The notes beneath the pieces are model-generated. The model did not search any database. It had not been told where the DNA came from and was given only the letters and a program-made list of their open reading frames with translations. A DNA stretch of 63,567 nucleotides, filler included, from Rhizaria sp. SCN 62-66 (Eukaryota), in the NCBI GenBank assembly GCA_001724265.1. It is 3 parts of 3 records of this genome, joined end to end, with 100 filler letters (N's around TTAATTAATTAA, not from the genome) between each part and the next. Parts side by side here need not be neighbours in the genome. Positions count along the whole stretch, not along the records: positions 24,021 to 47,698 come from MEDY01000425.1; 2 more parts are not named here. The stretch is one strand, 5' to 3'. Numbering within the stretch: the stretch's first letter is position 1; every line of letters starts with the position of its first letter. Position numbers and translations under genes: made by a program. Positions 31,901 through 44,900 of this stretch are shown piece after piece.

Positions 31901-34900
31901 ACGGCGACGGTGACCGCGACCGCGAGCAGGGGCGCCGTCGGTACGACAGCGCGTCGGGCAGCAGCGGCAGCAGCTATAGCGGCAGCGACAGCTACAGCCG
32001 CAGCGGCAGCGAGACCGAGAGCGAGGACGACGAGAGCGACTGGGCCGTGACGCGCCGTCTGCGCGGCAGCGAGATCGACCCGGCAAACCCCTACGCGCTG
32101 CCCTTCGCCATCCCCCGCGCGAGGTACGATCATAATTGGAACAAAAACTATTTAATATATGAACTTCTTGAGATTTAACGTGATTTGGACTGATATGCTT
32201 TATTTTTACGACAATTTTAATGAATTTACGACTAATGTGAGTTTAACTTTAACTGTGCTTTTTTTGCTCTTTCACCGCGATGCAGGGTGAGTGACCTGCG
32301 GCTGCCCACAAGGCGGTCGCACAAGGGGGCGCCGCCCCCGCTGCCCCCGAGCTCTCGCCTCTACCAGTCACAACACCAGGGCAGCGGCACCATCGCCGAG
32401 GGCGCCAACGAGGGCGAGATCGACGCAGACGGCAACGCGGCCGGTCTGGCCGGCGACTGGGCGCTCGCGCTGGGCGCTGGCGTGCCGGGCGTGCGCTTCA
32501 CGTCGCTCTTCGCCCCCATCAGCGCGGCCACGGCCGCCGCCAGAACCGCGCGCACCAAGGACGCGGCTGCTGCAGCCAGCGCTGACAACGCGGGCGACTT
32601 CGCCGACCCAGCCTCTGCGGCGGCGTCGCAGGCCGTGGCGGCCGGCGGCGCGGGCGGCGCGATGGACGCGCTGCGCTCGCTGGCAGCGGGCGAGGCCGAG
32701 AAGGTGGCCCGTCTGCGCGCGCTTGAGGCCCGCGTGCGGCAGCTTGAGGCGGCGGCGCGCGAGACAGACCGGCAGCGTGCGGCCTAGGCCGAGGCGCGCG
32801 CCGCGCTGGGCCGCTCGCTCGTCGAGTCGCAGCAGCGCGAGGCGAGTCTGCGCGCCGAGCTGCAGAGCAGCGAGGCCACGGGCACGATGGCGCGGCAGCG
32901 CGGCGAGGAGGCGTCGGCCGCGCTCATGCGCACCCGGGCCGAGCTGCTGCAGGCGCAGCAGGCGCGCGCGGAGGCCGAGGCGGCGCTCGCAAGGTACGCA
33001 TTTCTCGAAATCAGATCTGTCATCATCGTATATCACTGTTTTGTATTAATCCGAATTAAATTGTGTGTATTTATATCATACTCTATATTTTTAATGTGTA
33101 TTTCTAACATTCACGCATATGTTCACATCAATTCGCAGGAGGCTCGAGGAGGCACGCGCCCTGGCCGAGGCGTCCCAGCAGGCGCAGTGGCGTGTCGTGT
33201 ACGCCGCCACGCAGCAAGAGGCCGCCGCAGCCGCCTCCGCCGCAGCAGCGCAGTACGAGCGCGCCATCGCGTCGCTGCAGGAGCGCGCGCGCGCCCAGAG
33301 CGACGAGCTCGCCGGTCTGCGCCAGCAGCACACCGCGCTGCTCGAGGAGGTTTCCCGCCACGCGCAGCAGACGCAGCGGCTGCGGCAGCGCCTTGTGGCG
33401 TCGTCCTTCTCGCTGCGCGCGATCAAGGCGTACCGCCTGCTGCTGCGGCATCTCGTCGTGCGCGGGTTCGTGCGCGAGCAGGTCACGCTGCTGCGGCTTC
33501 GGCGCGTGGTGTCGGCTATCGGCGACGCGCTCGCGCTCGCGCTACCGCACCCGGCCGCGGCGACCGGCGGCGAGGAGGCCATGGCGCTGCTGAAGCCCGA
33601 CCAGCAGCGCGCGCTCGCCGAGATCCTCGGCCCCATCGTCCTCGCCTCGCCGCCGGCCGCGGCCACGCAGGCGCTGACGATTGCGCCACCCACCGTCCCC
33701 AAGAGCTCATACACGCCCTCTGGCCCTGGCGCTGGCGCGGTCACCGGCTCTGGCTCCGGCGCCGGCTTTGGCTCGGTGTACGTCGCAGCGTCCTCCCCGT
33801 CGTCGTCCTCAGCGGCGCCGCCGCTGGGCGGCTCCGGCCTCAACAGCGGCCTCAGCAACGGGACCGGGGTGGACACCTCACAGGTGCTAATCCGTGCCTT
33901 ACGCTTACTTGCGGCCACCGAGTCTGCCGCGGCCGCGACCGAGGCCGCAGCAGCCGTCGCCGCCGCCACCGCGTCGGCCAACGCCAAGCACCTCGGCAAG
34001 GCCGGCGACAAGCCCGGCCACGTCAGCAGTCCTGGGACACACGCCGCGGGCGCTGCGAACGCCCCCGCGAGCGCGGTCGGCGGCAACGGGTTCCTCGCGC
34101 GGCTCAACAGCCCCAGCCGACCCCCGCCCCCGGTCCCTGTCTCCGCGGCCGACTCGTCCCCCTCTGCGCACGGCCACTCGCACAGCCAGTCTGACCGGAG
34201 CCGGAGTCGGAGCAGAACGCCCGCGGCCCCGTCGCGCGCGCCGCCGCCGGTCCCGCTCCCGCCGCCGCACCACGGCGCCGGCGGCAGCAACAACCACGGC
34301 GGCCACAGCGCGAGCAACGGCTCCAGCGCCTCCGCTGCCGCGACCGCCGCCGCCGCTGCCGCTGCTGCGGCGACGGCCCCGGTGACCGTGGCCGCGGGCA
34401 TCGCCGCGGGCGCGTCGACGATGATGGTGCAGACCGAGCTCGGCACGTGGCTCCGTGCGCAGCGCACCTTCACGCGCGCCATTACGGCGTGGCAGCGCGC
34501 CGTGGTCGACCTGGAGCGCGAGGCTGCGCTCGCGGGCGGCGGTTCGCGCGCGCACTACGGCGGCGGTGGCGGCAAGTACCAGTATCGCAGCGCCAGCAGC
34601 CACGCGAGCTACGGCGGCCACGGCATCTCCGCCTCCCCCGGAGTGCCAGCCGCCTCGGGCACCAACAGCGCGATCCTCGCCGGCGGCAACAATGGCCGCG
34701 CGCTGAGCCCGCTCCGCGACGGCAACGCGAGCAGCACAGCTGACATCAGCTCGTCCGTCCCCGATGCAGCCACTGCGAACAGCAGCGCCGCTGCAGTCGC
34801 GCAGCGCGTCGCTCTCGTGCGCGCGTCCGCGACGCTGCTCGACTCGGCGGGCGACAACGCGCTGGTCAACGCCGCGCGCTCCGGCGCCGCCATCAGCGCG

Positions 34901-37900
34901 TCCCTCGCCGCAGGCGCTTTCGCCACCGCCACCGCAGGCTCCGCGCACAGCAACAACGCCGCCGCAGCGGCCGCAGCGGCCGCGATGACGCTCCCTGCGC
35001 GCTTCACGCTGCGCTTCCGCCGCCAGGGCCTGCTCTCGCTGCTGGATGACCTGCCCGCGCTGCTGTCGGCGCTGCTGACCAACACGCTGCGGCGCGACGC
35101 GGCGCGCGCGCTAGCGGACCAGGCGCTGGCGCCGTTTGTGGCCGCGCACGAGGCGCGCGCGCGCGACCTCACGGCGACCGTGCACACGCTCTACGGCGAC
35201 TGCGTCATCATGCGCAAGGCTCTTTCCATGCTGCTAGACCAGCAGTTGCTGCAGAACGCGAGCAGCATGGCCGCCAAGAGCGCCGCTGCGCTCGCCGACT
35301 CGCAGCAGCAGCAGGCGCCGCTGCCAGTGCTCGCGTCGGTGCCGTGGACGTCTCTCGGTGTGCCCGCCGCCGCCCTCAACTCCGCTGCCGCCACCGCCGC
35401 CGCCGCTGCCGCCGCTGCGACGAGCAGTCGTGGCAGCGGCGTCGGCGCACACGGCAGCAGCCTCGGCGCCGAGAGCGGCGGCGCGTGCCTGCAGATCCCG
35501 ATCACCAGTGGCGGTTACGCGAACAACGCCAATAGTGCGGCTGCGACCGGGGCTGGCGCGGCGGCGACGGTGTCGGTGTCGCTGCCTCGCACGGCGGCGC
35601 ACCTGGTCTGCGACCCGGTCGTGGCCGCCGCGGTGGCCGCACTCGCTGCCGGACCGCGCAACGCCAGCGTCAACAGCAACAGCTGTAGCGGCGCTGCGAA
35701 CAACAGTGGCAATGTGACCGCACGCACCCCCGCGGACGCCAATAACGGGAACAACAGCAACGTTGACGGAACGCCCTCTAACGCAGGGACGCTGGCGAAC
35801 GACTCCGACCCCGCCGGCGGCGCCAACGCCCCCGGCGGCGTGGGCGCCAGTGCGCCCGGCGTGATGACGTCCGAGGCGTGGCACCTGCTCTCCCGCCGCG
35901 AGGCCGCGAACCTGGCCGAGCTGCGCCGCCTGCGCGCCGCCAACGCGGCGCTGCAGTCGCAGCTCTCCCGCGCGCGCGCGCTGCAGGACCGCGTGCAGCG
36001 CCAGGCCGACGCCGACGCCGCCCACAACGCCGCGCTGGGCGGGCCCGCCGGCGGCGCCGCGGCGCGGCCCATGGGACAGGGCGCGCTGCTGGCCGTGATG
36101 CCGCGGCCGCCGCCGTGCACGCGGCCCTCCACGGCGACGGCGAGCGGCGGCGCGCCCTACAGCAGCATGGGCATGCGGTCGCGCCCGCAGTCTGGAGCTG
36201 TGGCTACTCAACAGCAACTGCAACAACAGCAGCGTGACGGCGTCGAGCGTGACTCTGTTCACGGCCACCGCAACGCTGACGAGCCTGGTACAGAGAGCGG
36301 TGACCATGCAGCAACCGGAGGCGTGGTTCCCCTCCACACCGCGCCCGCGCTCGTGTCCCGCCGCCCCGGCTCTTCCTCCGCCGCAGCTACGGCCGCGGCC
36401 CGCGCGCGCGCCCACGACGCCGCGCTTGCCGCGCTGCTACGCAAGGTGCACGCCGTGTCGGCCGCGCTCGCGCACAGCCACTCGCACCCACTCGCGCAGT
36501 CGGCCCTGCAGCAGCACGGGGCGGGGGCCGCGGACCCGGGCGCGGCCGACTCGGCGCCCGCGCTGCCCGGCGCGCCGCCCGCGGACTGGCTGGCGACGGC
36601 GGCGCTGGTGGTGCGCCGTGCGCCGCGCGTGACGGTCACGGCCACGGGCACGGGCGCTGTTGCGGCGGGCATTGCGCCGCTGACGATGCCCGCGCTCGTC
36701 GCGCAGCTCCGGCGCACGCCGGGGCTCGCACCCGCCGCCGGCAGGGCCATGGTCGCCGTGCCGGGGCCGCTGCGCGGGGACGCGGCGCGCGTGCGAGCCG
36801 ACGAGGCCGCCGCTGAGAGCGCGCGGGCCAAGGCCAAGGCGGGCGCTAACGCGCGCGCGCGGACCGGCGCCGCTGGTGATAGCGCGGGCGACGAGGCTGT
36901 TCCGCTGCCGTGTGCGGTCACTGACGCGTTTGTGTTCAGCATTCCTCCATCCGATGATACGGACAGCGGCAGCACTGGCGATACTGAGACGGAGGCCAAG
37001 GATAGTAGTGGCAAGAATGGCGCCGGCGCAGGGACAAGTGTGTTGTTAGCGCCGTGCCCGCACTGCGTCGCGCCGCTCGTGCTGAACCTTGGCTCACTGC
37101 CTCAGCTCGCTAATGCGGATAGCAACAGCGGGAATCAGCAGCCTGTTGGTGACGAAGATGAAGCTGTGTTGACGGCGCGGATCATGGCTCTCATGAACCA
37201 CAACAACCAGCAGCAGGGACAGCAGCAGCAGATGCGCCCGAACAGCAACTACGGCCCCTCGCAGGAGCAACAGCAGATGTACCACCGCACTACAGGCTAT
37301 GCCCTCATGCCGCAGCGCAACATCGCTGGCGGTCAGTCTAGCGCCGGTTCGGGCAGTGGCAGCTCCAGTGGGCTGCCGCACTTCATGATGGACCGTCACG
37401 AGGGCAACAAGCGCTACCGCAGCGCCATTCCCCCGCCCCAGCCCAACGCCAGCAGCGGCAGCAGCAGCTCTAACAACACCGGCGCGAGCGGCTACTATTA
37501 CTACAACGGCTCCAACACAAATGCGAATGGGCATAACACTGGCAAGGGACAGAGCGGCTCTAGCAGCCGCCCCGCCACCGTCGGTCGCCGCCGCCCCGGC
37601 ACGTCCACCTCCACCGGCAGCGGCAGCGGCGCTGGCTCTGGCATCAGCGCGCCCGTGCTCGTGGCGGGCGACACGAAGGCGAACCGCGGGCAGGGCTTCA
37701 TGTTCGGCAAGCCGTGCTCGCACCTGGAGGCGCCCTTCACCACGCTGAGCAGCACCGTCAACAACCCCGCCAGCCCCAGCGACGACGAGGACGAGAACGC
37801 TGATGAGGGCGCCCAGACCCGCCGCAGCAGCCGCAAGGCGAGTCCGTCGAAGGACTACCGAAAGATTAGTCGCAGCCCCAGCGGCAACCGCGGCAGCAGT

Positions 37901-39418
37901 CCCTCTGGCCGCACACCGAACAAGAAGACGACTGCGCAGCGCCGCACTCTGGGCCACAGTTCTTCACCAGCGGCCCCGCACCACACGGGCAACAACAACG
38001 CAAGCTCGAGCAACGCGCATGCTGCTACGGATGGGTCCGACAGCAGCGCCGTTGCTGGTGACAGTAACGCTGCTCTTGCAACGACCACCGTGTCGCAGCA
38101 CGGGACCCAGCGCAGCGCGGCCGGCAGCGCGACGAGCACGAGCAGGGGCCGGCCGGCGCAGCGCAGGCCGGTCACTGCGCACGCCTCGTCCTCCCGCAAC
38201 GACCCGCACGCGGCCGCCGGCGGCAGCGCCGGCGCCGGCAATAGCGGCGGCAAGAACCCCATTGCGCGGTTGCGCCCCAACAGCGGCAACACTACGAGCA
38301 GCACGCACGGTGGCAGCAACGCTGGAGGCGGCTCGCGCAGCCGTGGTGGCAACCAGAACAACGACACGACCGGTGACTACGACAACAACAACGACGACAT
38401 CGGCGTCGACGACGACGGTGAAGACGGCAGTGCCCGTCAGAGCAGCCGCCGCGGCCGCGCGGGCGCTGCCGGGGCCACCGGCCGGCCGACGTCTGCGCTC
38501 CCGCTGGGCCGCGGCGGCGTGACCCCGCTCTCCGCGCTCACCCCACTGCGCACCAGCTCCACGGCGAGCAATGCCGCCGCGGGCGGGCACAGCCACGACG
38601 ACCGCGCGTCGCCGCCGCCGCCGCAGTCGCCGTCGGCGCTTTCGGCAGTGTCCGGCGAGACGCAGGGCTGGGGCGGCAGCAACAGCAGCTACATCACGGA
38701 CACCACTGCGACGACTGCGACGACGGCGGCGGGCGGGAACCCGCGCTCGGCGTCGTCGTCGACGTCACGCCCGCGCAGCGCCAAGATGAAGCTGGTGCGC
38801 GCGTACTGGGACCTGAATCCGGCGACGCCGGCCGAGGTGCAGAAGCAGCTCGTGCCGTTCAGGGCGGGCGACGTGATGCAGGTGCTGCCGCCGCCGGTGG
38901 ACGAGTGGACGCGCGAGATGATGGCCGCGTACGAGCTGCTGCACGTGCGTCACATCGACGGCAGCGAGCGCTACGGCTTCATTCCCAAGGCCTACGTGCG
39001 CAGGCAGAAGGTGCGCGACCGCAGTGCAGAGCGCAACCCGAGTCTCGGGGACACCGCGGCGGCGCAGCCGAATGCCGCCGAGTCACCCCGCTCGCAGTCG
39101 CATTCGTCGCAGGCCATGTCGTCGGTCACGCGCCCCGCCTTCTCGGAGGCGGGCATGTCGACGCCGCCGCTGCCGGGCCCCATGGGGACCCGCCCCGGGT
39201 GGGGCCGCCACGCGCGCGCGCTCTACGACCTCCCCGCGAGCGCTGCGAACGCGGGCGCGCTGTCATTCTCAGCAGGTGACCACTTCCTGCTGTTCGAGAC
39301 GATGCCGCTGGGCAGCCACGACGGCGCCGAGGCCGGGCAAGCGACGTGGATTCAGGCCACCAACGCTGAGGGTGTGTCGGGCCTGGTGCCAACCAACTAC
39401 TTGGAAGTAATCGCATAA
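28987..39418 (+). CDS. Giant (~3370 aa) low-complexity/coiled-coil protein with two C-terminal SH3 domains; 3 exons; in-frame TAG at 32785-32787
   Basis: Exons 28987-32123, 32286-32993 and 33139-39418 total 10125 nt and join in frame. SH3 motifs are VRAYWD..FRAGDVM..GFIPKAYV and ARALYD..LSFSAGD..W..GLVPTNYL. Ends in TAA. Confidence 0.8.
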
Positions 39419-40193
39419 GAGGTAGGTATGCCATGTAAAGCTCTGCGTCCAACTGCGCAGTTAAGTTAGAAAAGTGATGAACAAGTTACAATAGTTTTAA
39501 CACAGATAATGTGATCAAAAAAAGAGCAATAGTTAGTATCAATACATAAAAATAAGTTATTTCATACGAGTTTTTGAAGGTTGGTAATTGTGCTACGTTG
39601 TAGAGCGTGTATTGTTTACTAATCGTTTACATCTGGCACTCGATAGGACCTATACCGACGAGTATTATTGGCTAATACGACAACAACACGCAGTGTTGCT
39701 GTTGCTCATTGTAGTTGATAAAACAAGCAGTATAGGTAGTATGAGATGGCAGGAAATGGGGATAAAACTTTACATGCCCAAGTCTTGTGAGCGGGAGATC
39801 CGCAGCCACAACTGCTCCCACGCGCACATCATCGAGTTTAAGCCGACATCTGAAGGAGATGGAATAACTAAACGATGATATGCACGTGGTAAAGTGTGAC
39901 TGTGGGTTGTCGCCAAGGCTCACACTTGGGGTTTGGGGGGTGAGAATTGCACATTTCACATTAAGGCACGCAAGTGTAAGAGCTTACAGAGCAGTGTTGA
40001 TGAGAAAAACCTTGTGAAAGAGTGCGGACAGTTAGCACACAAGCGTCGACAGACAAACATAGAGAGGGGTTGCAGTCATCGTCGCTGATGTTGTGATTGT
40101 GATTGTGCTCCAAACTGTCTGAAGAGAGAGCGAAGAGCCTCTCTGTTGTCACTGAACTTGTTCGGAGAACAAGGCAGGTGAGCAACAGCGCAC

Positions 40194-40466
40194 TTACTCG
40201 CTCTTCTTGGCAAGAAGCTCCTTCTGGACATCGGCGAGGCCGGCAGCCTTGCGCTCAGCGACAGCCTTCTTGGCCTCGGTGGAGTAGTACTTGATCTCGT
40301 GCTCAGTGGCAGCGGTCTTGATGTCCTTAGAGAGGGCGTGGAAGGTGGAGTCGTTCTTGCGCTGGTCCATGACCTTGTGGGCCTCGTTGGCGGCAGCACG
40401 CTCCTCCTGCTTAGCCTTGGCAGCGGCGATGATGTCCTGGGTAGGGAGCTTAGCGTCAGTGGACAT
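40194..40466 (-). CDS. Small (90 aa) Lys/Ala/Glu-rich helical protein, uncharacterised
   Basis: Strong C/G-ending codon bias like HSP90, ACC-ATG start context, TAA stop. Confidence 0.75.
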   Translation of the reverse strand: MSTDAKLPTQDIIAAAKAKQEERAAANEAHKVMDQRKNDSTFHALSKDIKTAATEHEIKYYSTEAKKAVAERKAAGLADVQKELLAKKSE

Positions 40467-41440
40467 GGTGAGTGGGTAAAAACTGCGCAAAGCGAGATCA
40501 GGCAAAAGCGGGCCAGTGAATTGCATAGGATGTGGTAAAAACGTAAAGCGAGTGTTGGTGAGAAAGATGTAGGAGATAGAAGGTGGATGTAAAATAGAAT
40601 ATAAAGAAAAGTTAATTGGTGCCGAAAGTCAAGGCAAACCAAGAATCCAAGGGGAAGATGACAGTTTAAAAGTGCGATTAACGTTGGGTTGAGCACAACA
40701 AATCTACCGACTAACGCGCGCCACCAAACCTCGTGCATACTGCAATACACGCAACGCCAGAAGCGCCATCATGCATAGAAAAGCTAGAACATCCATGCGT
40801 AATTGCTTGCATATTAGTAAAACTGCATGATAGGGAAGGAAAGAGTGACACGCGCATGCAGTTTAAAGGCGAGGCACGCGCCTCACCGAATCATGTGGTT
40901 GGCTTTAAAACCAGTGATTTGCCGCCACCAAACGTCGTTAATAGATCCATGAAAATAGAAAAATACATTAGCACCACAAATCTGTTGAATGAACTCTGTT
41001 TGTCCCTCATACAGCAACAGCGATCGCGTATATACTCTTTGATATGGTTTCTGCCCTGACCAAAGTGTCAGTCGCTCGGAATCAAATTTAAGCCGCCGGC
41101 CGAGATCACGCCAGTCAAATTGACATCGACTCAACGGCTAGCGCGCCTCGCGAAGATCCGCGCTAAACCGCATTTAAACCGGGAAAATGAGCTGATTATG
41201 AAATAAAAATGTGATTTTTATTGAGGGTTAAAGTTCTAATTATTATATAAGCGGGTAGATAGCATAAATACAAATACGATTATACAGATATCTTCATCGA
41301 AAGTTTGCTGACGCGTGCCTGGACGCAGAAGGTGCTGAGTCACTAAAACAACGCGCCGCCACTATAAATTGCGCTAAGATTCTGTAATATCGCTAGTACA
41401 GGTACTAGCGTTAATGGAATTGTTGGCGGTGCTGTTATAA

Positions 41441-41894
41441 TTACAGCTGAACGTCGTCATTAGCGTCAGTGTCGGCCGCAACGGCGGAAGCGGATTGGCG
41501 CGAGCGCTTGACCACGGGCTTCGCCTCCGCATCCACCTCGGCCAGGACGGCCTTAGCGCCGGCCGCCGCAGCAGCTGAGCCGGTGCTGTCAAAGTCTGTG
41601 GTCTCGGCGCTGCGCTTGCGCGACGCCTTGTCCTTCTTCTCCTTCTTCTCCTTCTTGACCTCTGGAGCAGCAGCAGTCTCGGTCTCGGCCGTCGCAGCGA
41701 CCGTGGGCGCAACAGCCGCGGCGGCGGCCTTGGCCTTCTTGGCCTTCTTCGTCGCCTTGTTGCTGGCGGCGCCGTCGTCGTCCTTGGCCTCCTCGAGGTC
41801 GCCGAGCCCCAGGTCAAGCCCGAAGTCATCGTCGTCGTCGTCGAGCAGGTCCACAAGGTCGTCGTCATCGTCACCATCATCAGCGGCGGCGGCA

Positions 41895-41932
<38 letters not shown>

Positions 41933-44900
41933 CTTGCGCTGCTCCTTCTTGAGACGCTTCTTCTCCTTCTTGGCCTCAGCGTCGGCATCGACATCGACGT
42001 CAGTGGCAACGGGCGTAGACGCAGTGGCGGCAGCGGCAGCGGTGGCCTTAGCGTCAGCCTCAGCAGCGGCCGCGGCAGCGGCAGCAGCGGCGGCAGCAGC
42101 GGCTGCGTCGGCTTCAGCCTTCGCCTTGGCAGCAGCCTTCTCGGCCTTGGCCTTCGCCTTAGCCTCGGCCTTGGCCTTGGCAGCCGCATCGGCCTCCGCC
42201 TTGGCCTTGGCCTCAGCAGCCTCAGCCTCAGCCTTAGCAGCAGCCTCAGCCTGAGCCTTAGCCTCCGCCTTCGCCTTGGCCTTGGCTTCAGCAGCAGCCT
42301 TGGCGGCAGCAGCCGTAGCTTCCGCCTCGGCCTTGGCCTTGGCCTCGGCAGCAGCCTGAGCCTCGGCGGCGGCCTTGGCGGCAGCGGCGGCCTGGGCAGC
42401 GGCGGCCTGCCTGCGGTTTGCGTCAGCGTTGGACTCCTCGTCCTCGTCCGTGCTCTCGTCGAGCATGGCGCGGCGCCGAACGGGGGCGGGGATGGGGGCA
42501 GGAACGGCAACAACAGCAGGGGCAGCGGTGGTATTAGTCTCGGTCTCGGCCTCGATCTCGGAGTCGGAGTCAGAGTCAGAGTCAGAGCTGGAGCTAGAGC
42601 TAGAGTCAGAGTCAGAATCAGAGTCAGAAGAGCTCGAGTCAGAGGCAGAGGCGTCAGCAGCCGCAGTGACAGTGGCATTGGGCGGAACAGCAGTAGCAGC
42701 GGCGACCGCGTCAGAGAGCGAGACGGCAGCAGAGTCAGACACAGAGACAGCAGCTGAGGCCGTGGTCGAGCCAGCAGCAGAGCCAGCGGCAGTGGCGGCG
42801 GCGGCGGAGACCGGGACGGGCAAGACCGGCAACGAGGGCAGCGACGGAAGTGCGGGCAGCGCAGGGATCTCGGGGCTCTGCGCCGGCGATTGTGCCTGCG
42901 CCTGTGCAGCGACAGCGGCGGCGCTGGCAGTGCTGGCCGGCACTGGCACTGGCATCGGCGACAGCGAGACCGAGACCGAGACCACGCCTCCAGTGCCGTT
43001 GTTAAGGGGCGCTGTGGCGGTGAACATGGGCGAGACCGAGGCCCGCGCCGCGGCCGCAGTCGCCGAGGCGGACCCGGGCACGGCTAACGCCCCAGACAGA
43101 GCGCCAGTCAGAGGGCCGGTGGTGAGCGCCGGGCCGGTGACCGCGGTGAGCGTGGGGCTGCGGCGCGGGAGCAGCGGCGCGACGAGCGGCGACCCGGCAG
43201 CCGAGGCGGCGCCGCTGCCAGTTACCGTCACGGTCACGCTCGCGGCGCCCGCGGCGGGGGCGGCGGGGGGCGGGCTGACGTTGACGGCGCTGCTGCTGTT
43301 GGCGAGGCTGGAGGTGCGCGCGAAGCCGGTGTGGCGGGCCGCGGCGCTGGCGGCCTCGCTCAACAACGCCACGCCGCCAACGCCACTGGTAGCAGGAGCA
43401 GCAGCAGGACTTGCGGCCGAGCTCGCGGCAGCGGCGGAGCTCGCTGCGTTGGAGACGACGGCGCTGGCGGCGGAGGGCGGCAGTGGGGCGATGTGGGACA
43501 TGACGGGCCGCGGGCGCTGCGCGTGCATCACCGGCGACACCTGCATCAGGTGGCCGTGGGCCGCGCCGCCGTGCAAGTGGCCGTGCGCAGCGGACGCGGC
43601 GGAGAGCGAGGACGTCGACGAGGAGAGCGCCGAGGCGGCCGAGTGCCACTGCTGCTGCTGCTGCTGGTGCGCGGCGTAGAGCGCCTGCTGCTGCTGCACC
43701 GCGGCGCGCATGGCGGCCGAGCCCGCCGCGGCGAGAGCGAAGAAGGCCGGCGGCGGCGGCGGCGGCGAGAAGAGGTAGAGGTCCTGGAAGTAATGCGCGG
43801 AGGCGGGCAGGAACGTGGGGTCGAAGGGCAGCTCGATGACGTCGCCCATGATGCCTTTGTCGCCACCGCCTGCGAAGAGATAGCAAAAATGACGAAAAGA
43901 GATCGATATAGAACGAGATGTGAGTGAAATGAACGAGTATGAAGATATAATATTATCAAAAGATGAATACAAGTTCGGATGTGATTCTAACACGAATTCA
44001 TAAAATGTTATGAAGATATCACATTGTTTCATGAAAAAGCATTGAATGAACACGTACCAGTGCTGCCCGTGGGGAGCCCGTCGCCGCTGCGCACGTTGAC
44101 CGCGGCCACCGCGCGCCGGCCCGAGTCGGCCGCAGCCGCAGCCGCCGCGGCGGCCGCAGTAGCAGCCTCGGCCGCAACCGCTGCCGCCGCAGTGACCTCG
44201 GCGGCCGCCGCCTGGGACTTGCGATCGGTTTGATTGTCGCCGCCGTCAGCCGCCGCCGCAGCGCCAGCGCCAGCGGTCGCAGTCGTCGCCGCGGCGCCGG
44301 CGTCGTCCGAGTCTGAGCCCGAGCCGCCCAGGTCTGGTACGGTCCGCAGGAGCTCCTTGCGGCGCGCCTCCACGTCGGCAGCCTTCTCGCTGGCCGCGGC
44401 GGCCGCGGCGCGCGCGCGGGCGCTGGCGGCCTCGGCCTCGGCGGCGGTGGACTTGGCGCGCGCGTCGGCGTCGGCGGCGGCGGCGAGCCCGCGTGATGCG
44501 TGCAGCCCGCGCAGGCGCGCGTTGAAGCGGATGATGGGCACGGGGTCGTAGAGGCCGAGTGTGATGAGCAGTAGGCAGAAAGGATGCACGAGCGCCTGCG
44601 AGCAGTAGAGCAGCGGGTTCAGCGGCGACGTCAGCAGCGGCGCCAGCGCCAGGGGGTCGATCAGCGGGTGCATGATGGAGCCGAGGACGAAGCCGTTGGA
44701 CACGCCGGCCACGCCGTGACCGTGGCCATGACCGTGGCCGTGGTTGTGGCCACTGGTGAGGCTCATGCTCACGGGGCCCGCGGTCGGGGACGAGGCCGTG
44801 TGCGACGCACTCGAGCTCGCGCTCGCGCTCGCAGGCGCGGAGCTGGCGGCACTGCTGCCGCCGGCGAGCGGGTGCGGCGCCGAGTCGAGCGCGAGCATGG

